Source: Desulfobulbus sp.
Lineage (GTDB): Bacteria > Desulfobacterota > Desulfobulbia > Desulfobulbales > Desulfobulbaceae
DNA: 32,000 nucleotides
Assembly (NCBI RefSeq): GCF_030824455.1
Contig: NZ_JAVBXR010000004.1
Location: forward strand, 1-32,000
Direction: 5' to 3'
Of this stretch, positions 1 through 7,397 are shown one piece after another (the first letter of the stretch is position 1; every line of letters starts with the position of its first letter). The notes beneath the pieces were generated by a model. The model did no database searches. It had not been told where the DNA came from and saw only the letters and a program-made list of their open reading frames with translations. The position numbers and the translations under genes were made by a program.

Positions 1-89
1 GTTTTGGGCTCCTGGTATTTGTTCATGATTTGGCGGATGGCTTGATAAGACTTTCCTTGTCCTGGTCGGCCTTCGCAGCAGATGATCAT
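1..89 (-). CDS. 5' end of a P-loop NTPase gene running off the window (Zot/pI-like morphogenesis ATPase is only a guess)
   Basis: The reverse-strand ATG at 89-87 reads MIICCEGRPGQGKSYQAIRQIMNKYQEPK. A Walker A motif (GxxGxGKS) starts at residue 7, as in Zot-family NTPases. An ATGA overlap links it to the stop of ORF 86..289. Only 29 codons are visible. Confidence 0.35.
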   Translation of the reverse strand, partial: MIICCEGRPGQGKSYQAIRQIMNKYQEPK

Positions 90-289
90 TTTGCGCTTGG
101 CTCCTGGTTTTCGAGTTGAGCGTTTTTTTCCGATTCTTTAAGCATTCGGTCGTATCGTTTGGCGATCAGCGGGAATAAGCGGATATGGAACCGCAGCAGC
201 AGGCCGAGAAAGCTGACGTAGAGCAACAGGCCGAAGCCGAGGAAGACGACGAGAAGGCCGAAAAGAGTTAGATAATCGTTCGCGGTCAT
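86..289 (-). CDS. small hydrophobic (1-2 TM) protein
   Basis: This is a 67 aa ORF with a long hydrophobic core (LTLFGLLVVFLGFGLLLYVSFLGLLL). ATGA overlaps with both neighbours indicate translational coupling. Confidence 0.5.
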   Translation of the reverse strand: MTANDYLTLFGLLVVFLGFGLLLYVSFLGLLLRFHIRLFPLIAKRYDRMLKESEKNAQLENQEPSAK

Positions 290-765
290 CGTGTAGCCTC
301 GACGCGTGGGATGAATTCAACGCGTGTAGTCTGGTTGGCGATAGTTCGGTTGAGCCGGTACTGAAGGACATCGGCGGCGAGGTTGCGGAAGGCTTCGGCA
401 AATTCCGAATCGATGTTGATGTTGCCGGAATTGGTTTTGATGATGAAACCGTTCATCATGTCCGGGACCTGCTTAGCCAGGGCGGCTTTGAGCGTCTCAA
501 GGGATTCGTCTTTCGGATAAACGCGTATGGCTGGTGTAGTTGACTGCGTTTGCCAATTCTTAGAGGGAAGTTCGTACACCCCTAAGCGGGTGACGGGGAC
601 CAAGGCAAACGAGGCAGAGCATTCTTTGCACTGGTGAACAAATTGGAAACCTTCACCGACACACCGCACGACAGGCGATTCAAGGGCTCCTTGGCATTTC
701 GGGCAGACAGGAAGAAGAGAGGTGTCGGAAAGCAGCGGGAATTGTTCTTGGTTGAAGGGTTTCAT
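286..765 (-). CDS. hypothetical protein with an N-terminal zinc-ribbon-like CxxC...CxxC
   Basis: This 159 aa ORF carries CPKC at residues 21-24 and CKEC at 46-49. It is the first gene of a three-gene overlapping minus-strand operon. I recognised no family. Confidence 0.55.
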   Translation of the reverse strand: MKPFNQEQFPLLSDTSLLPVCPKCQGALESPVVRCVGEGFQFVHQCKECSASFALVPVTRLGVYELPSKNWQTQSTTPAIRVYPKDESLETLKAALAKQVPDMMNGFIIKTNSGNINIDSEFAEAFRNLAADVLQYRLNRTIANQTTRVEFIPRVEATR

Positions 766-788
766 GGTTGGCTCTTGGGCTTTGGTTT

Positions 789-852
789 GATAACTAAAAG
801 ATAAGATACGTTTTAAAAATTGTCTGTTAGTTATCCATATTATATCTTTTAG
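789..852. promoter_or_regulatory. nested inverted repeats in the divergent promoter region (putative operator)
   Basis: GATAACTAA (789-797) pairs with TTAGTTATC (827-835). CTAAAAGATA (794-803) pairs with TATCTTTTAG (843-852). Both pairs lie in the 125 bp AT-rich gap between the divergent starts at 765 and 891. Confidence 0.4.
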
Positions 853-890
853 ATAATATCAAGGGTAAAAATTAACTTCCGGATAGGCAG

Positions 891-1307
891 ATGAGTTTTG
901 AACAAATTTGGGGAAGAATTAAGGAAAGAACAGATATAAGAACTTTTTCAGAGCTTGCGGATTTGGTCGGAACAACAGGGCCATATATTTCCAGGAAAAA
1001 AAAAGAAAATGATTTTCCGGTGATATGGGCTTATGAAATCGCTCAAAAATATAAGCTCTCCACTGATTGGATTATGACAGGTGGGGAAAAAAGGAGTTCC
1101 GGCGATCTAAAAAATCACGGCCAACGATTAGAAATAACAGGAAAAATCGAAGAATGGCTGATGGAGGAGATAAGGAAAAACCCGAAAAGAAAAGACTGGT
1201 TTGAAGTTGAATTCGATAAGGCTTTTGAAGAATTCAAAAAATGGAAGGAAGAAAAGGAAGAATCAGCCGCCGCCGCAGCCTATTCTTCGAATCGTAAAGT
1301 AGCATAA
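891..1307 (+). CDS. phage CI-repressor-type HTH regulator (Phage_CI_repr-like N-terminus) with a charged C-terminal domain
   Basis: The N-terminus MSFEQIWGRIKERTDIRTFSELADLVGTTGPYISRKKKENDFPVIWAYEIAQKYKLSTDWIMTG matches the CI-type HTH layout. It is a paralogue of ORF 30566..31054. Confidence 0.7.
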   Translation: MSFEQIWGRIKERTDIRTFSELADLVGTTGPYISRKKKENDFPVIWAYEIAQKYKLSTDWIMTGGEKRSSGDLKNHGQRLEITGKIEEWLMEEIRKNPKRKDWFEVEFDKAFEEFKKWKEEKEESAAAAAYSSNRKVA

Positions 1308-1397
1308 AAGAAAAGCAAGATAAAATAATTTTATCAAAACTTTACAATTGTAATTGTCAAAACTCCACCGAGTAACATGAAATCATTGAGGTGAAAA

Positions 1398-1511
1398 ATG
1401 CGACAAAATCAAAGCCCGCTTGATGACTTCGTTGAAATTATGTCAAGAATTCCGTAGTGGTTAAATATAATCCTCGCGGTTATATTGTCGCTTTTTGTCT
1501 TTGTGTTTTGA
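1398..1511 (+). pseudogene. short gene remnant with an in-frame TAG (N-terminal fragment of a membrane-anchored protein)
   Basis: A GAGGTG RBS precedes the ATG at 1398. The reading is MRQNQSPLDDFVEIMSRIP, then TAG (1455-1457), then WLNIILAVILSLFVFVF and a stop at 1509-1511. It resembles the 'LPWW + TM helix' N-termini of some Mrr-type endonucleases, but that comparison is from memory only. Confidence 0.25.
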
Positions 1512-1528
1512 CTTTGTCTTATTCATGA

Positions 1529-1633
1529 CTCTAACCTGGGCAATAATTATAAAATATTGAAATTACACATATATTTAACACACTTGACGGTTGAATATCT
1601 GACGAAAAAATTGGCCTAATCATACTGTTAGAA
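1529..1633 (+). repeat. possible attC-like site (weak)
   Basis: CTCTAAC lies at 1529-1535 and GTTAGAA at 1627-1633. Internal pairing is poor (GGGCAAT/ATTGGCC with an asymmetric bulge). Confidence 0.3.
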
Positions 1634-1643
1634 CTGCATACCC

Positions 1644-2342
1644 ATGGAATCTACTGTTATCACTGCTCTAATCGCTGCGACCGCAGCCATCATCGGCGGC
1701 GCTATTGCCGGAATTGCCTCGTATATAAATACGCGGCACAAGATTAGAGAACTTGACGTAGCCGCGAGTCAGAAGCTGCGAGAGAACTACCTGCAAAATG
1801 CACGAGAGTACACAAAGGCAATTTACGTTCCTCTCACTCTGGCACTATCGAAGTTGTGTGATGCCTATTCCGTGTCTCACAGAACTCCATCGGCTTCGGA
1901 GGCAATTGAGCCGCTTAGGCAAGCAATTGATCAATTCCGAAGTGAAATTCAGCAGCTGCGTGATCGGGGAGCTGAAGCATTCTTGACAAACGAGTTAGAA
2001 GACAAGCTCCGTTCATTTCAGGAGTTTCTAGGTGCATCGCGCGACAGCACAACTCTCATACGCAAGGCAGAGATTGGGTTTCGCGTTGGGCTTGGGGGCA
2101 TGGCCTGGGCGGAAACCACGACCGTTGCCCTAATCGGCCGCTCGGCCACATGGTGGCGCAGCCCCCGGATGTCGCTGAGCGTACTTGGCGTGGGCTTCAC
2201 ATATGAGGCTACGGTTGTTCAATCTGCGCCGCTTGAGAGTATCGAGTTCTCTACGCGGTTTACTGCAGATACTGGTGAGATCAGATACCTGATAAAGGAG
2301 GTAACCTTGGGAGGCAAACCCAAGGAATCGCCAGCGAAATGA
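1644..2342 (+). CDS. hypothetical membrane-anchored protein (N-terminal TM helix, coiled-coil middle)
   Basis: This is a 232 aa ORF with the TM helix ITALIAATAAIIGGAIAGIASYI. It is visibly more GC-rich than its flanks, and an attC-like site starts 8 nt after the stop. Confidence 0.7.
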   Translation: MESTVITALIAATAAIIGGAIAGIASYINTRHKIRELDVAASQKLRENYLQNAREYTKAIYVPLTLALSKLCDAYSVSHRTPSASEAIEPLRQAIDQFRSEIQQLRDRGAEAFLTNELEDKLRSFQEFLGASRDSTTLIRKAEIGFRVGLGGMAWAETTTVALIGRSATWWRSPRMSLSVLGVGFTYEATVVQSAPLESIEFSTRFTADTGEIRYLIKEVTLGGKPKESPAK

Positions 2343-2349
2343 ACGGCAG

Positions 2350-2438
2350 TTCTAACCCTTCGGTCAACCGGACGCCCGGCAAGCTGCGCTTGCCGGTACC
2401 CTCCGCGCTCCGGTCGCCGGTTACCTCGAACGTTAAGC
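2350..2438 (+). repeat. attC-like recombination site (89 bp)
   Basis: TTCTAAC (2350-2356) and GTTAAGC (2432-2438, a perfect GTTRRRY) form the ends. The flanking arms TTCGGTCAACCGG and CCGGTTACCTCGAA pair imperfectly. A central perfect 9-bp hairpin, CCGGCAAGC-tgc-GCTTGCCGG, is present. Confidence 0.6.
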
Positions 2439-2463
2439 ATTATAAATTAGGAGTTTTGTATCC

Positions 2464-3654
2464 ATGGCAGGATTAAGAGTTTTTGTATCATCGACTTGTT
2501 ACGATCTATCCGTCATTAGATCTCAACTCCGGATATTCATTCAAAATCTTGGGCATGAGCCACTGATGAGTGACTATGGCGACCTATTGTATGATCCAAG
2601 AATACATACTCATACCAGTTGCGTCGATGAAGTTGCCTCAGCAGATGTTGTGGTATTAATTGTAGGCTCTCGGTTTGGAGGAAAAAATGTCCCTGAAGCA
2701 CTTGCCAAAGTCGACTTTGAGCTACTCAAGAAGGAGAGTAAAAGTACAGAATTCTTTAAAAAACAAGAGAACTTATCAGTTACACAGCTTGAAATTTTAA
2801 AAGCTGTAGAATCTGGAATACCTGTTTTTACCTTTATTGATTTTTCAGTTTGGCATGATCATGCTTTATACGAGAAAAACAAAGAAAAACCGATAATAAA
2901 TGATATTTCCTTTCCATCCATTGAAAAGCCAGAAACAGCATCATTTATTTTCGAGTTTATTAATTTTCTCCGTCACAGAACTAGAGGCAATAGTGTTTTT
3001 CAATTTACTAAATTGCAAGATATCGAAGATACATTAAGAAAACAGTGGTCTCAACTATTCCAAAAATTGATTCAAGAACAAAGAAATAGATCAATTGAGG
3101 CAAAGCGTTTAGACAATTTAACTGAACAGTTTGAAGACTTAAAGACTGCTATCTTAACATCAATTGGAACTGCAAATGAGCGTGATGTCGCTAGAGGCGT
3201 AGTAAGGTTTAGGCGACTCATTGATTTTGTTCGATCACTTGGCCTCAAAGACCTCAAGTTCTTAATTCAAGGTCACCACACCTGGGATGAGCTCCTCGCT
3301 TTTGCTGAAATTGACAAGGTAATTGATCCAGCTGAACTGTCTGAAGAATTCCTTTTAAATAGTCGGAATTTTGGTCCAAGGGCGAGATTGTTCCTTGTTA
3401 AAAATGATGGAACTTTTTTTGAATTACGAACACCTATTGAATTCTTCAACAGCTTGTCGCTTGAATGGATTGCGTTCATGGAGTTGTCTGAAGATACACG
3501 TGCAATAATCGTAGATGCACTAAGCGATATGAGACCAAGCATGGGGCCTCTCCGGTATGTTAGGGAAACTTTTGATCACTACATAGAGAAATGTATGCAT
3601 CAAAAGTTAATAAAAGACCTAGAGTACCTTAGTGGAGACGATGAACAGGCATAA
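2464..3654 (+). CDS. DUF4062-domain protein (TIR/N-deoxyribosyltransferase-like N-terminal domain plus an unassigned ~200 aa C-terminal region)
   Basis: A TAGGAG RBS precedes the start. The N-terminus RVFVSSTCYDLSVIRSQLRIFIQNLGHEPLM...ADVVVLIVGSRFGG...SVTQLEILKAVESGIPVFTFI fits the DUF4062 hallmark (VFxSS..DL..R...; SxTxxEy..A). A coiled-coil segment lies at ~190-230. Confidence 0.8.
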   Translation: MAGLRVFVSSTCYDLSVIRSQLRIFIQNLGHEPLMSDYGDLLYDPRIHTHTSCVDEVASADVVVLIVGSRFGGKNVPEALAKVDFELLKKESKSTEFFKKQENLSVTQLEILKAVESGIPVFTFIDFSVWHDHALYEKNKEKPIINDISFPSIEKPETASFIFEFINFLRHRTRGNSVFQFTKLQDIEDTLRKQWSQLFQKLIQEQRNRSIEAKRLDNLTEQFEDLKTAILTSIGTANERDVARGVVRFRRLIDFVRSLGLKDLKFLIQGHHTWDELLAFAEIDKVIDPAELSEEFLLNSRNFGPRARLFLVKNDGTFFELRTPIEFFNSLSLEWIAFMELSEDTRAIIVDALSDMRPSMGPLRYVRETFDHYIEKCMHQKLIKDLEYLSGDDEQA

Positions 3655-3669
3655 CCAGTCAACGATAAT

Positions 3670-3856
3670 TTCTAACGGGACCTTTAGGGGTCAGGTCTTG
3701 AATATTGAATTGTTCAGGAATATCGGGAACAGGATAGGGAATACAAAATTACTATAAGCCCAGTGGTGTATTTGAAAACGTATCCCGCTTGTATCCCGGC
3801 ACACTCACCAGCGGCCTGCAATCCAAGGCAGACACGGGTTCAACTCCCGGTTATGC
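3670..3856 (+). repeat. long attC-like spacer (187 bp), uncertain
   Basis: TTCTAAC (3670-3676) followed by GGGA can pair with TCCC(g)GTTATGC (ending at 3856). The spacer contains 28-nt motif copy 1, and GGGAATAC is followed by two downstream GTATCCC copies. It is longer than classical attC sites. Confidence 0.4.
3717..3744 (+). repeat. 28-nt spacer motif, copy 1 (GGAATATCGGGAACAGGATAGGGAATAC)
   Basis: It matches copy 5 (7398-7425) at about 22 of 32 positions over a slightly longer aligned stretch, counted by eye. It is also related to copies 2-4. Confidence 0.5.
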
Positions 3857-3890
3857 ATCGGGGGCCACACAAAATAACGGTAAGCAAGCA

Positions 3891-4178
3891 ATGAAAGATA
3901 TAGAAATCATCTTGTGGGGAGGATCATTTTTTTCAAGCGCTATAGTTTCTTTTTTCTCTGGAAGTTTATCTTGGGGTATTTTTTCGCCAACATTAAGTTT
4001 TATTCTTTATTGTTTAATGAATGCAATTTATACGACTGGTGGGAGAGACGAAGGTATCGGTCTGGTTATCGCATTCTCCGTTGTATTAATAGTAACCGAG
4101 GCTGTACCAATCGGACTATTTTCGGTTTTTGGCGCTCTATTGGGTGAAACTTTATCGAAACGATTAAAGACAAAATAA
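3891..4178 (+). CDS. small integral membrane protein (95 aa)
   Basis: I chose the internal ATG at 3891 (MKDIEIILWGG...) because the upstream part of track ORF 3789.. overlaps the spacer repeat. The protein has three hydrophobic segments. Confidence 0.55.
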   Translation: MKDIEIILWGGSFFSSAIVSFFSGSLSWGIFSPTLSFILYCLMNAIYTTGGRDEGIGLVIAFSVVLIVTEAVPIGLFSVFGALLGETLSKRLKTK

Positions 4179-4198
4179 GAAAACAATAAAGTCAATAT

Positions 4199-4225
4199 GG
4201 AAAAACGGGGAAAGTGTATGTAGTC
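4199..4225 (+). repeat. 28-nt spacer motif, copy 2 (GGAAAAACGGGGAAAGTGTATGTAGTC)
   Basis: It begins about 20 nt after the stop at 4178. It shares GGAAAAACGGGGA.AGTG with copy 3. Confidence 0.45.
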
Positions 4226-4320
4226 GCCTCTAGATCAACCACAATATTAATGCGGCGAATTCGGTTCTGAATAATACGCAATTCGCGTAAACAAATTATA
4301 AACAATTTGAGAAGCCTTGA

Positions 4321-4845
4321 ATGAAAATCAGAATATTTATATTTTTAGTTTTGTTGTTTATTTCAACAGAACTATCTGTTGGAGCAGAACAAAATATACC
4401 GCGTAGCGAAATTGGTTCAGTTGTGAAAGATTTTGTTAAAACCATAGGCTGCATGATGAAATTCGATGAAACAAATATTGTCAGATATGAGGTTGATGGT
4501 GGATATGATGGTTTTGGAGAATTTGTCGCACTTTACGGAATAGATCCCAAATGTAGCGGTGGGTCGGCAATGTATCACTCGGCGATTGCAGTGCTAGAAA
4601 GAGACTACCGAGGAAATATTTTTATTCACCCAGGGCAATCTTTCCCAGTAAACAGGCCTAATGATCTTCCTCAATATGTAGAAAAAATTTATGTGGAAAA
4701 GGGTCAGCTTCTCTTCAAATCAAAGGAATTTGATTCAAAGGACGGGCTCTGCTGTCCTTCTCTTCTTGTTACAGGGCGACTTTTCATGAAAGAAGGAAAA
4801 TGGTTTTCTGAAATTATTAAAAGCGAAAAAAATCAAGACAAATAA
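4321..4845 (+). CDS. secreted hypothetical protein
   Basis: This 174 aa ORF has the signal-peptide-like N-terminus MKIRIFIFLVLLFISTELSVGA. An attC-like site starts 17 nt after the stop. Confidence 0.7.
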   Translation: MKIRIFIFLVLLFISTELSVGAEQNIPRSEIGSVVKDFVKTIGCMMKFDETNIVRYEVDGGYDGFGEFVALYGIDPKCSGGSAMYHSAIAVLERDYRGNIFIHPGQSFPVNRPNDLPQYVEKIYVEKGQLLFKSKEFDSKDGLCCPSLLVTGRLFMKEGKWFSEIIKSEKNQDK

Positions 4846-4861
4846 TACAACCCAACAACAC

Positions 4862-4929
4862 GCTTAACCAGACCTGCGGAAGCACGCGATCATTTCAATT
4901 CAAGTTCATTGGCAGCAGGCTAGTTATCT
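4862..4929 (+). repeat. attC-like recombination site (68 bp)
   Basis: GCTTAAC (4862-4868) is followed by CAGACCTGC. This pairs with GCAGGCTA and then GTTATCT (4923-4929), leaving one unpaired A. The ends are conserved and the centre is variable relative to 5657-5723. Confidence 0.65.
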
Positions 4930-4956
4930 CTTTCGTTAGTGCAAGGGAAAATTTAT

Positions 4957-5628
4957 ATGAATGCAAATGTTAAGTATAATTATATAGGTATCCTTACCTT
5001 CTTTTTTTTGGTTACAGCCACAATAGGATTTTATCTATATAAATTAACAAGCAATCCGATGGTACCAATTTTAAAATCAAGATACTTACACTTTCATTCA
5101 ATATCAGGTTTTATTGCATACTCTTCAATTTTATCATCTTTTTTAATATGTCTTATCTATACAATTAGGAATGAGATTGTGCCAAACATCACAATTAAAT
5201 TTTCTTTGTTATCTATAATTGCATTGTCAATATGTATAGTTACAGGTTCAAAATGGGCTGAAATGGCATGGGGACATGGGTGGAGTTGGGAAACAAAGGA
5301 AACGTTTACGTTTTTGTCAAAATATTGGTCAATAAATTTGCTCAAAACATTTAACAAACTCGTCATTTATGAGAAATGGAACCCTAAAGAAATATTTACA
5401 TTGATCTTGGTTTTTTTCTTAATACTGTCATACATATTTTCGATAATAAGCAAAACACTCTCGCAAACAAATGCTAACAAATCTATTATTATCCTTTTCA
5501 ACATATTAACCTTGACTGTATTCTTTCCCCAAGTAATTATTATTTCTCAAGCGCTATTAGCCTCAGAATTCATTGCTGGATTACATATGTTTAGTTATCT
5601 ACTATTCAATTTAATTAATTTTAGATAA
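4957..5628 (+). CDS. compact CcsA/ResC-like (cytochrome c assembly, heme-handling) membrane protein
   Basis: The Trp-rich motif GSKWAEMAWGHGWSWETKETFTFL resembles the CcsA/CcmC WWD motif (WGxxWxWDPKE). Candidate flanking histidines are YLHFHS and, near the C-terminus, AGLHMFSY. The protein is multi-TM. The ATG at 4957 is preferred over the GTG at 4939. Confidence 0.6.
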   Translation: MNANVKYNYIGILTFFFLVTATIGFYLYKLTSNPMVPILKSRYLHFHSISGFIAYSSILSSFLICLIYTIRNEIVPNITIKFSLLSIIALSICIVTGSKWAEMAWGHGWSWETKETFTFLSKYWSINLLKTFNKLVIYEKWNPKEIFTLILVFFLILSYIFSIISKTLSQTNANKSIIILFNILTLTVFFPQVIIISQALLASEFIAGLHMFSYLLFNLINFR

Positions 5629-5656
5629 AATTATTTTTTAAAGGCACTAGCAATGC

Positions 5657-5723
5657 GCTTAACAAGACCTGCGGAAGCATCGGTTCTTTTCAAAGCTAGT
5701 CCATATCAGCAGGCTGGTTAGCT
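5657..5723 (+). repeat. attC-like recombination site (67 bp)
   Basis: The site runs GCTTAAC (5657-5663) AAGACCTGCGGAAGCA ... CAGCAGGCTG GTTAGCT (5717-5723). Both arms are near-identical to 4862-4929, and the ~27 nt centre differs. Confidence 0.65.
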
Positions 5724-5881
5724 CCACGTTAGCGCTCTACCCAGCCAACTGCTGAGGTTTACCACAACCTAACTTTTGGCCTTTTTTAGCAATCTTGGTG
5801 GTCAAAATTGAAAAGTTCGATAAACGTAATTTCAAATAGTTAAAACACGCTTAGTTGGAAGGCTTTTACGAGGGGTACTCA

Positions 5882-6454
5882 ATGCGAAATTGTCTATGCA
5901 CGATGGTAATGAGTCTGGCAATCATATTGGCTGCAATGCCTTCTAGCGCTTGCCTGGTGAAGGTCGGCCTTAAACTCGACGACATCAAATATGCGAGTGT
6001 TGTCGTTATTGGCAGAATCGTAGATTACGAAGTCGTACTAGACCAGGCCATCAGGAAGAACCGGAAGGAGGAGCTTGAACGCTCCGCCGATAAGTCATCG
6101 GAGTCTTGGAAGTTGTTGTCGGAACAAAAGCATTTTTTGAGCGACTACGCGCGCTTTAAGGTGTTGGTGGACGAAGTCCTTGTCGGACAGTCGCCTAATG
6201 TAATTTCTGTAACCTGGGACAACTCTACATCCAGAGAGCCAGAGAAGATGAGAGAGGGGCCATACCTAATTGGATTGCGCGCGCCGGGCTCCAAGAGTCC
6301 CCCGCTTCGCGGCCCAAGCGCGACGATCCTGCCTTCCCCAGAGCCAAAATCGTTAACGGTATTGCAGGCGCCTTGCGCGCCGGCCTTCATACTTGAAGCA
6401 ACGAGTGCCAAAGCAAAGGCAATTAGAGAAATTTTAGGTGGCGCCGCCAAATGA
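5882..6454 (+). CDS. secreted protein or lipoprotein, hypothetical
   Basis: The ATG at 5882 follows GAGGGG. The N-terminus is signal-like (MRNCLCTMVMSLAIILAAMPSSAC). The ORF is visibly GC-richer than neighbouring cassettes. Confidence 0.6.
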   Translation: MRNCLCTMVMSLAIILAAMPSSACLVKVGLKLDDIKYASVVVIGRIVDYEVVLDQAIRKNRKEELERSADKSSESWKLLSEQKHFLSDYARFKVLVDEVLVGQSPNVISVTWDNSTSREPEKMREGPYLIGLRAPGSKSPPLRGPSATILPSPEPKSLTVLQAPCAPAFILEATSAKAKAIREILGGAAK

Positions 6455-6457
6455 CTG

Positions 6458-6485
6458 GGAAAAACGGGGACAGTGCAGGGAACTC
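6458..6485 (+). repeat. 28-nt spacer motif, copy 3 (GGAAAAACGGGGACAGTGCAGGGAACTC)
   Basis: It starts 3 nt after the stop at 6454 and is followed by GCATCCCGG, as in copy 1. Confidence 0.5.
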
Positions 6486-6532
6486 CTGATAGCTCGCATC
6501 CCGGATTACTCGCAACAGCCCGGTGGACAAAT

Positions 6533-6919
6533 ATGAAGAAATATAAAATATACACTCAAGGCAAAGATAAGATTGTAGCAGTCAAAGATGGGTTTTCATA
6601 TCCTGCTCTTTTTATACCTCCAATATGGGCATTCGTTCAAAGAATGTGGATTTGGGGATTACTTTTGACTGTATTTTACATTGGTCGTTATTCATTTTTT
6701 ATTATTTACTCCAAAAATTATCTTTTTTTAAATGAAGTATTTAGCTTGGTAACTGTTAGTATCTCTCTTTTATTTGGGTTCAAAGGAAACGAATGGATTG
6801 AAAAAAAATTAATTCACAAAGGATTTTTTTTAGTATCTCAGGTTGAAGCAATAAATAATGAACAAGCTGTAAATCAATATAATTGGAAATTATATAACGA
6901 GAATTCGTTAGAAGATTAA
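6533..6919 (+). CDS. DUF2628-like small membrane protein
   Basis: I chose the internal ATG at 6533. MKKYKIYTQGKDKIVAVKDGFSYPALFIPPIWAFVQRMWIWGLLL fits the DUF2628 pattern as I remember it (GFsWpAfff..iWa...lW). Confidence 0.6.
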   Translation: MKKYKIYTQGKDKIVAVKDGFSYPALFIPPIWAFVQRMWIWGLLLTVFYIGRYSFFIIYSKNYLFLNEVFSLVTVSISLLFGFKGNEWIEKKLIHKGFFLVSQVEAINNEQAVNQYNWKLYNENSLED

Positions 6920-6988
6920 TAAATATTGATAAGACAAAGCGCGTTATTAAAAATGACAGCGCATTGATCGTTAGATTGCATCAACATT

Positions 6989-7375
6989 ATGAATCGTATA
7001 ATAATGTCAATTATTTATGGGTTTCTATTGTCAGCTGTTGCAATCTTGCCAACCTTTTGGTTGGCCACGTATAGCGAAATTGGCTATGGATTTCTTTTGC
7101 TGGCCCTGTTTCTGTTGCCGCTGATCATGCCGTGGTGGAACTTTTTTTTAGGCAGTACTATTATGATTACTGCATTTTTTTCAACAATATGGATACAACA
7201 TTGTCAGATTGCTTCACAAGATAATTATACAGGTAGCCCTGGTGATGGATTGGGGCTAGTGTTTTTTATGTTCGCAATGCTGCTATTTATTATATCTATT
7301 TTTGTTAAAGTTGTTACAAAATTAGTTGCTATTCAAATGTTGAAAAAATGCTGGAAAAACGAGGACAGTATATAA
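6989..7375 (+). CDS. small integral membrane protein, hypothetical
   Basis: This 128 aa ORF has four hydrophobic segments and is AT-rich. Confidence 0.55.
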   Translation: MNRIIMSIIYGFLLSAVAILPTFWLATYSEIGYGFLLLALFLLPLIMPWWNFFLGSTIMITAFFSTIWIQHCQIASQDNYTGSPGDGLGLVFFMFAMLLFIISIFVKVVTKLVAIQMLKKCWKNEDSI

Positions 7376-7380
7376 AATTC
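7353..7380 (+). repeat. 28-nt spacer motif, copy 4 (GGAAAAACGAGGACAGTATATAAAATTC)
   Basis: It overlaps the 3' end of ORF 6989..7375 and is followed by TTCTAAT at 7376-7382. Confidence 0.4.
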
Positions 7381-7397
7381 TAATCATAAAATGCGCC

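Noticed and set aside
1557-1569. The 13-mer TTGAAATTACACA is shared with 22439-22451 and was considered as possible island-bounding direct repeats.
   Set aside because: Several chance 13-mer matches are expected in 32 kb on two strands, more so in AT-rich DNA. The flanks do not extend the match, and the positions do not fit either integrase's att geometry.
1644-3654. ORFs 1644..2342 (TM protein) and 2464..3654 (DUF4062) considered as a two-gene operon or system.
   Set aside because: A well-formed attC-like site (2350-2438) separates them and their base composition differs. They are more likely independent cassettes. Functional linkage cannot be excluded.
3789-3860. A tRNA-like 3' fragment (GGGTTCAACTCCCGG, resembling a T arm) and the long N-terminal extension of track ORF 3789..4178.
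   Set aside because: The putative T stem has only 4 bp. The putative anticodon hairpin has an 8-nt loop. There is no matching acceptor strand and no CCA. The segment is better explained as the right arm of the attC-like spacer, and the ORF start was moved to 3891.
4179-4320. A classical attC site in the spacer between cassettes 3 and 4, and likewise in 6455-6532 and 6920-6988.
   Set aside because: I found no convincing RYYYAAC...GTTRRRY pair with complementary arms. The candidates were GATCAAC/GTTCTGA, which lie only ~40 bp apart and pair poorly, and a weak inverted repeat at 6925-6985 ending in GTTAGAT. These are left as unresolved spacers carrying the 28-nt motif.
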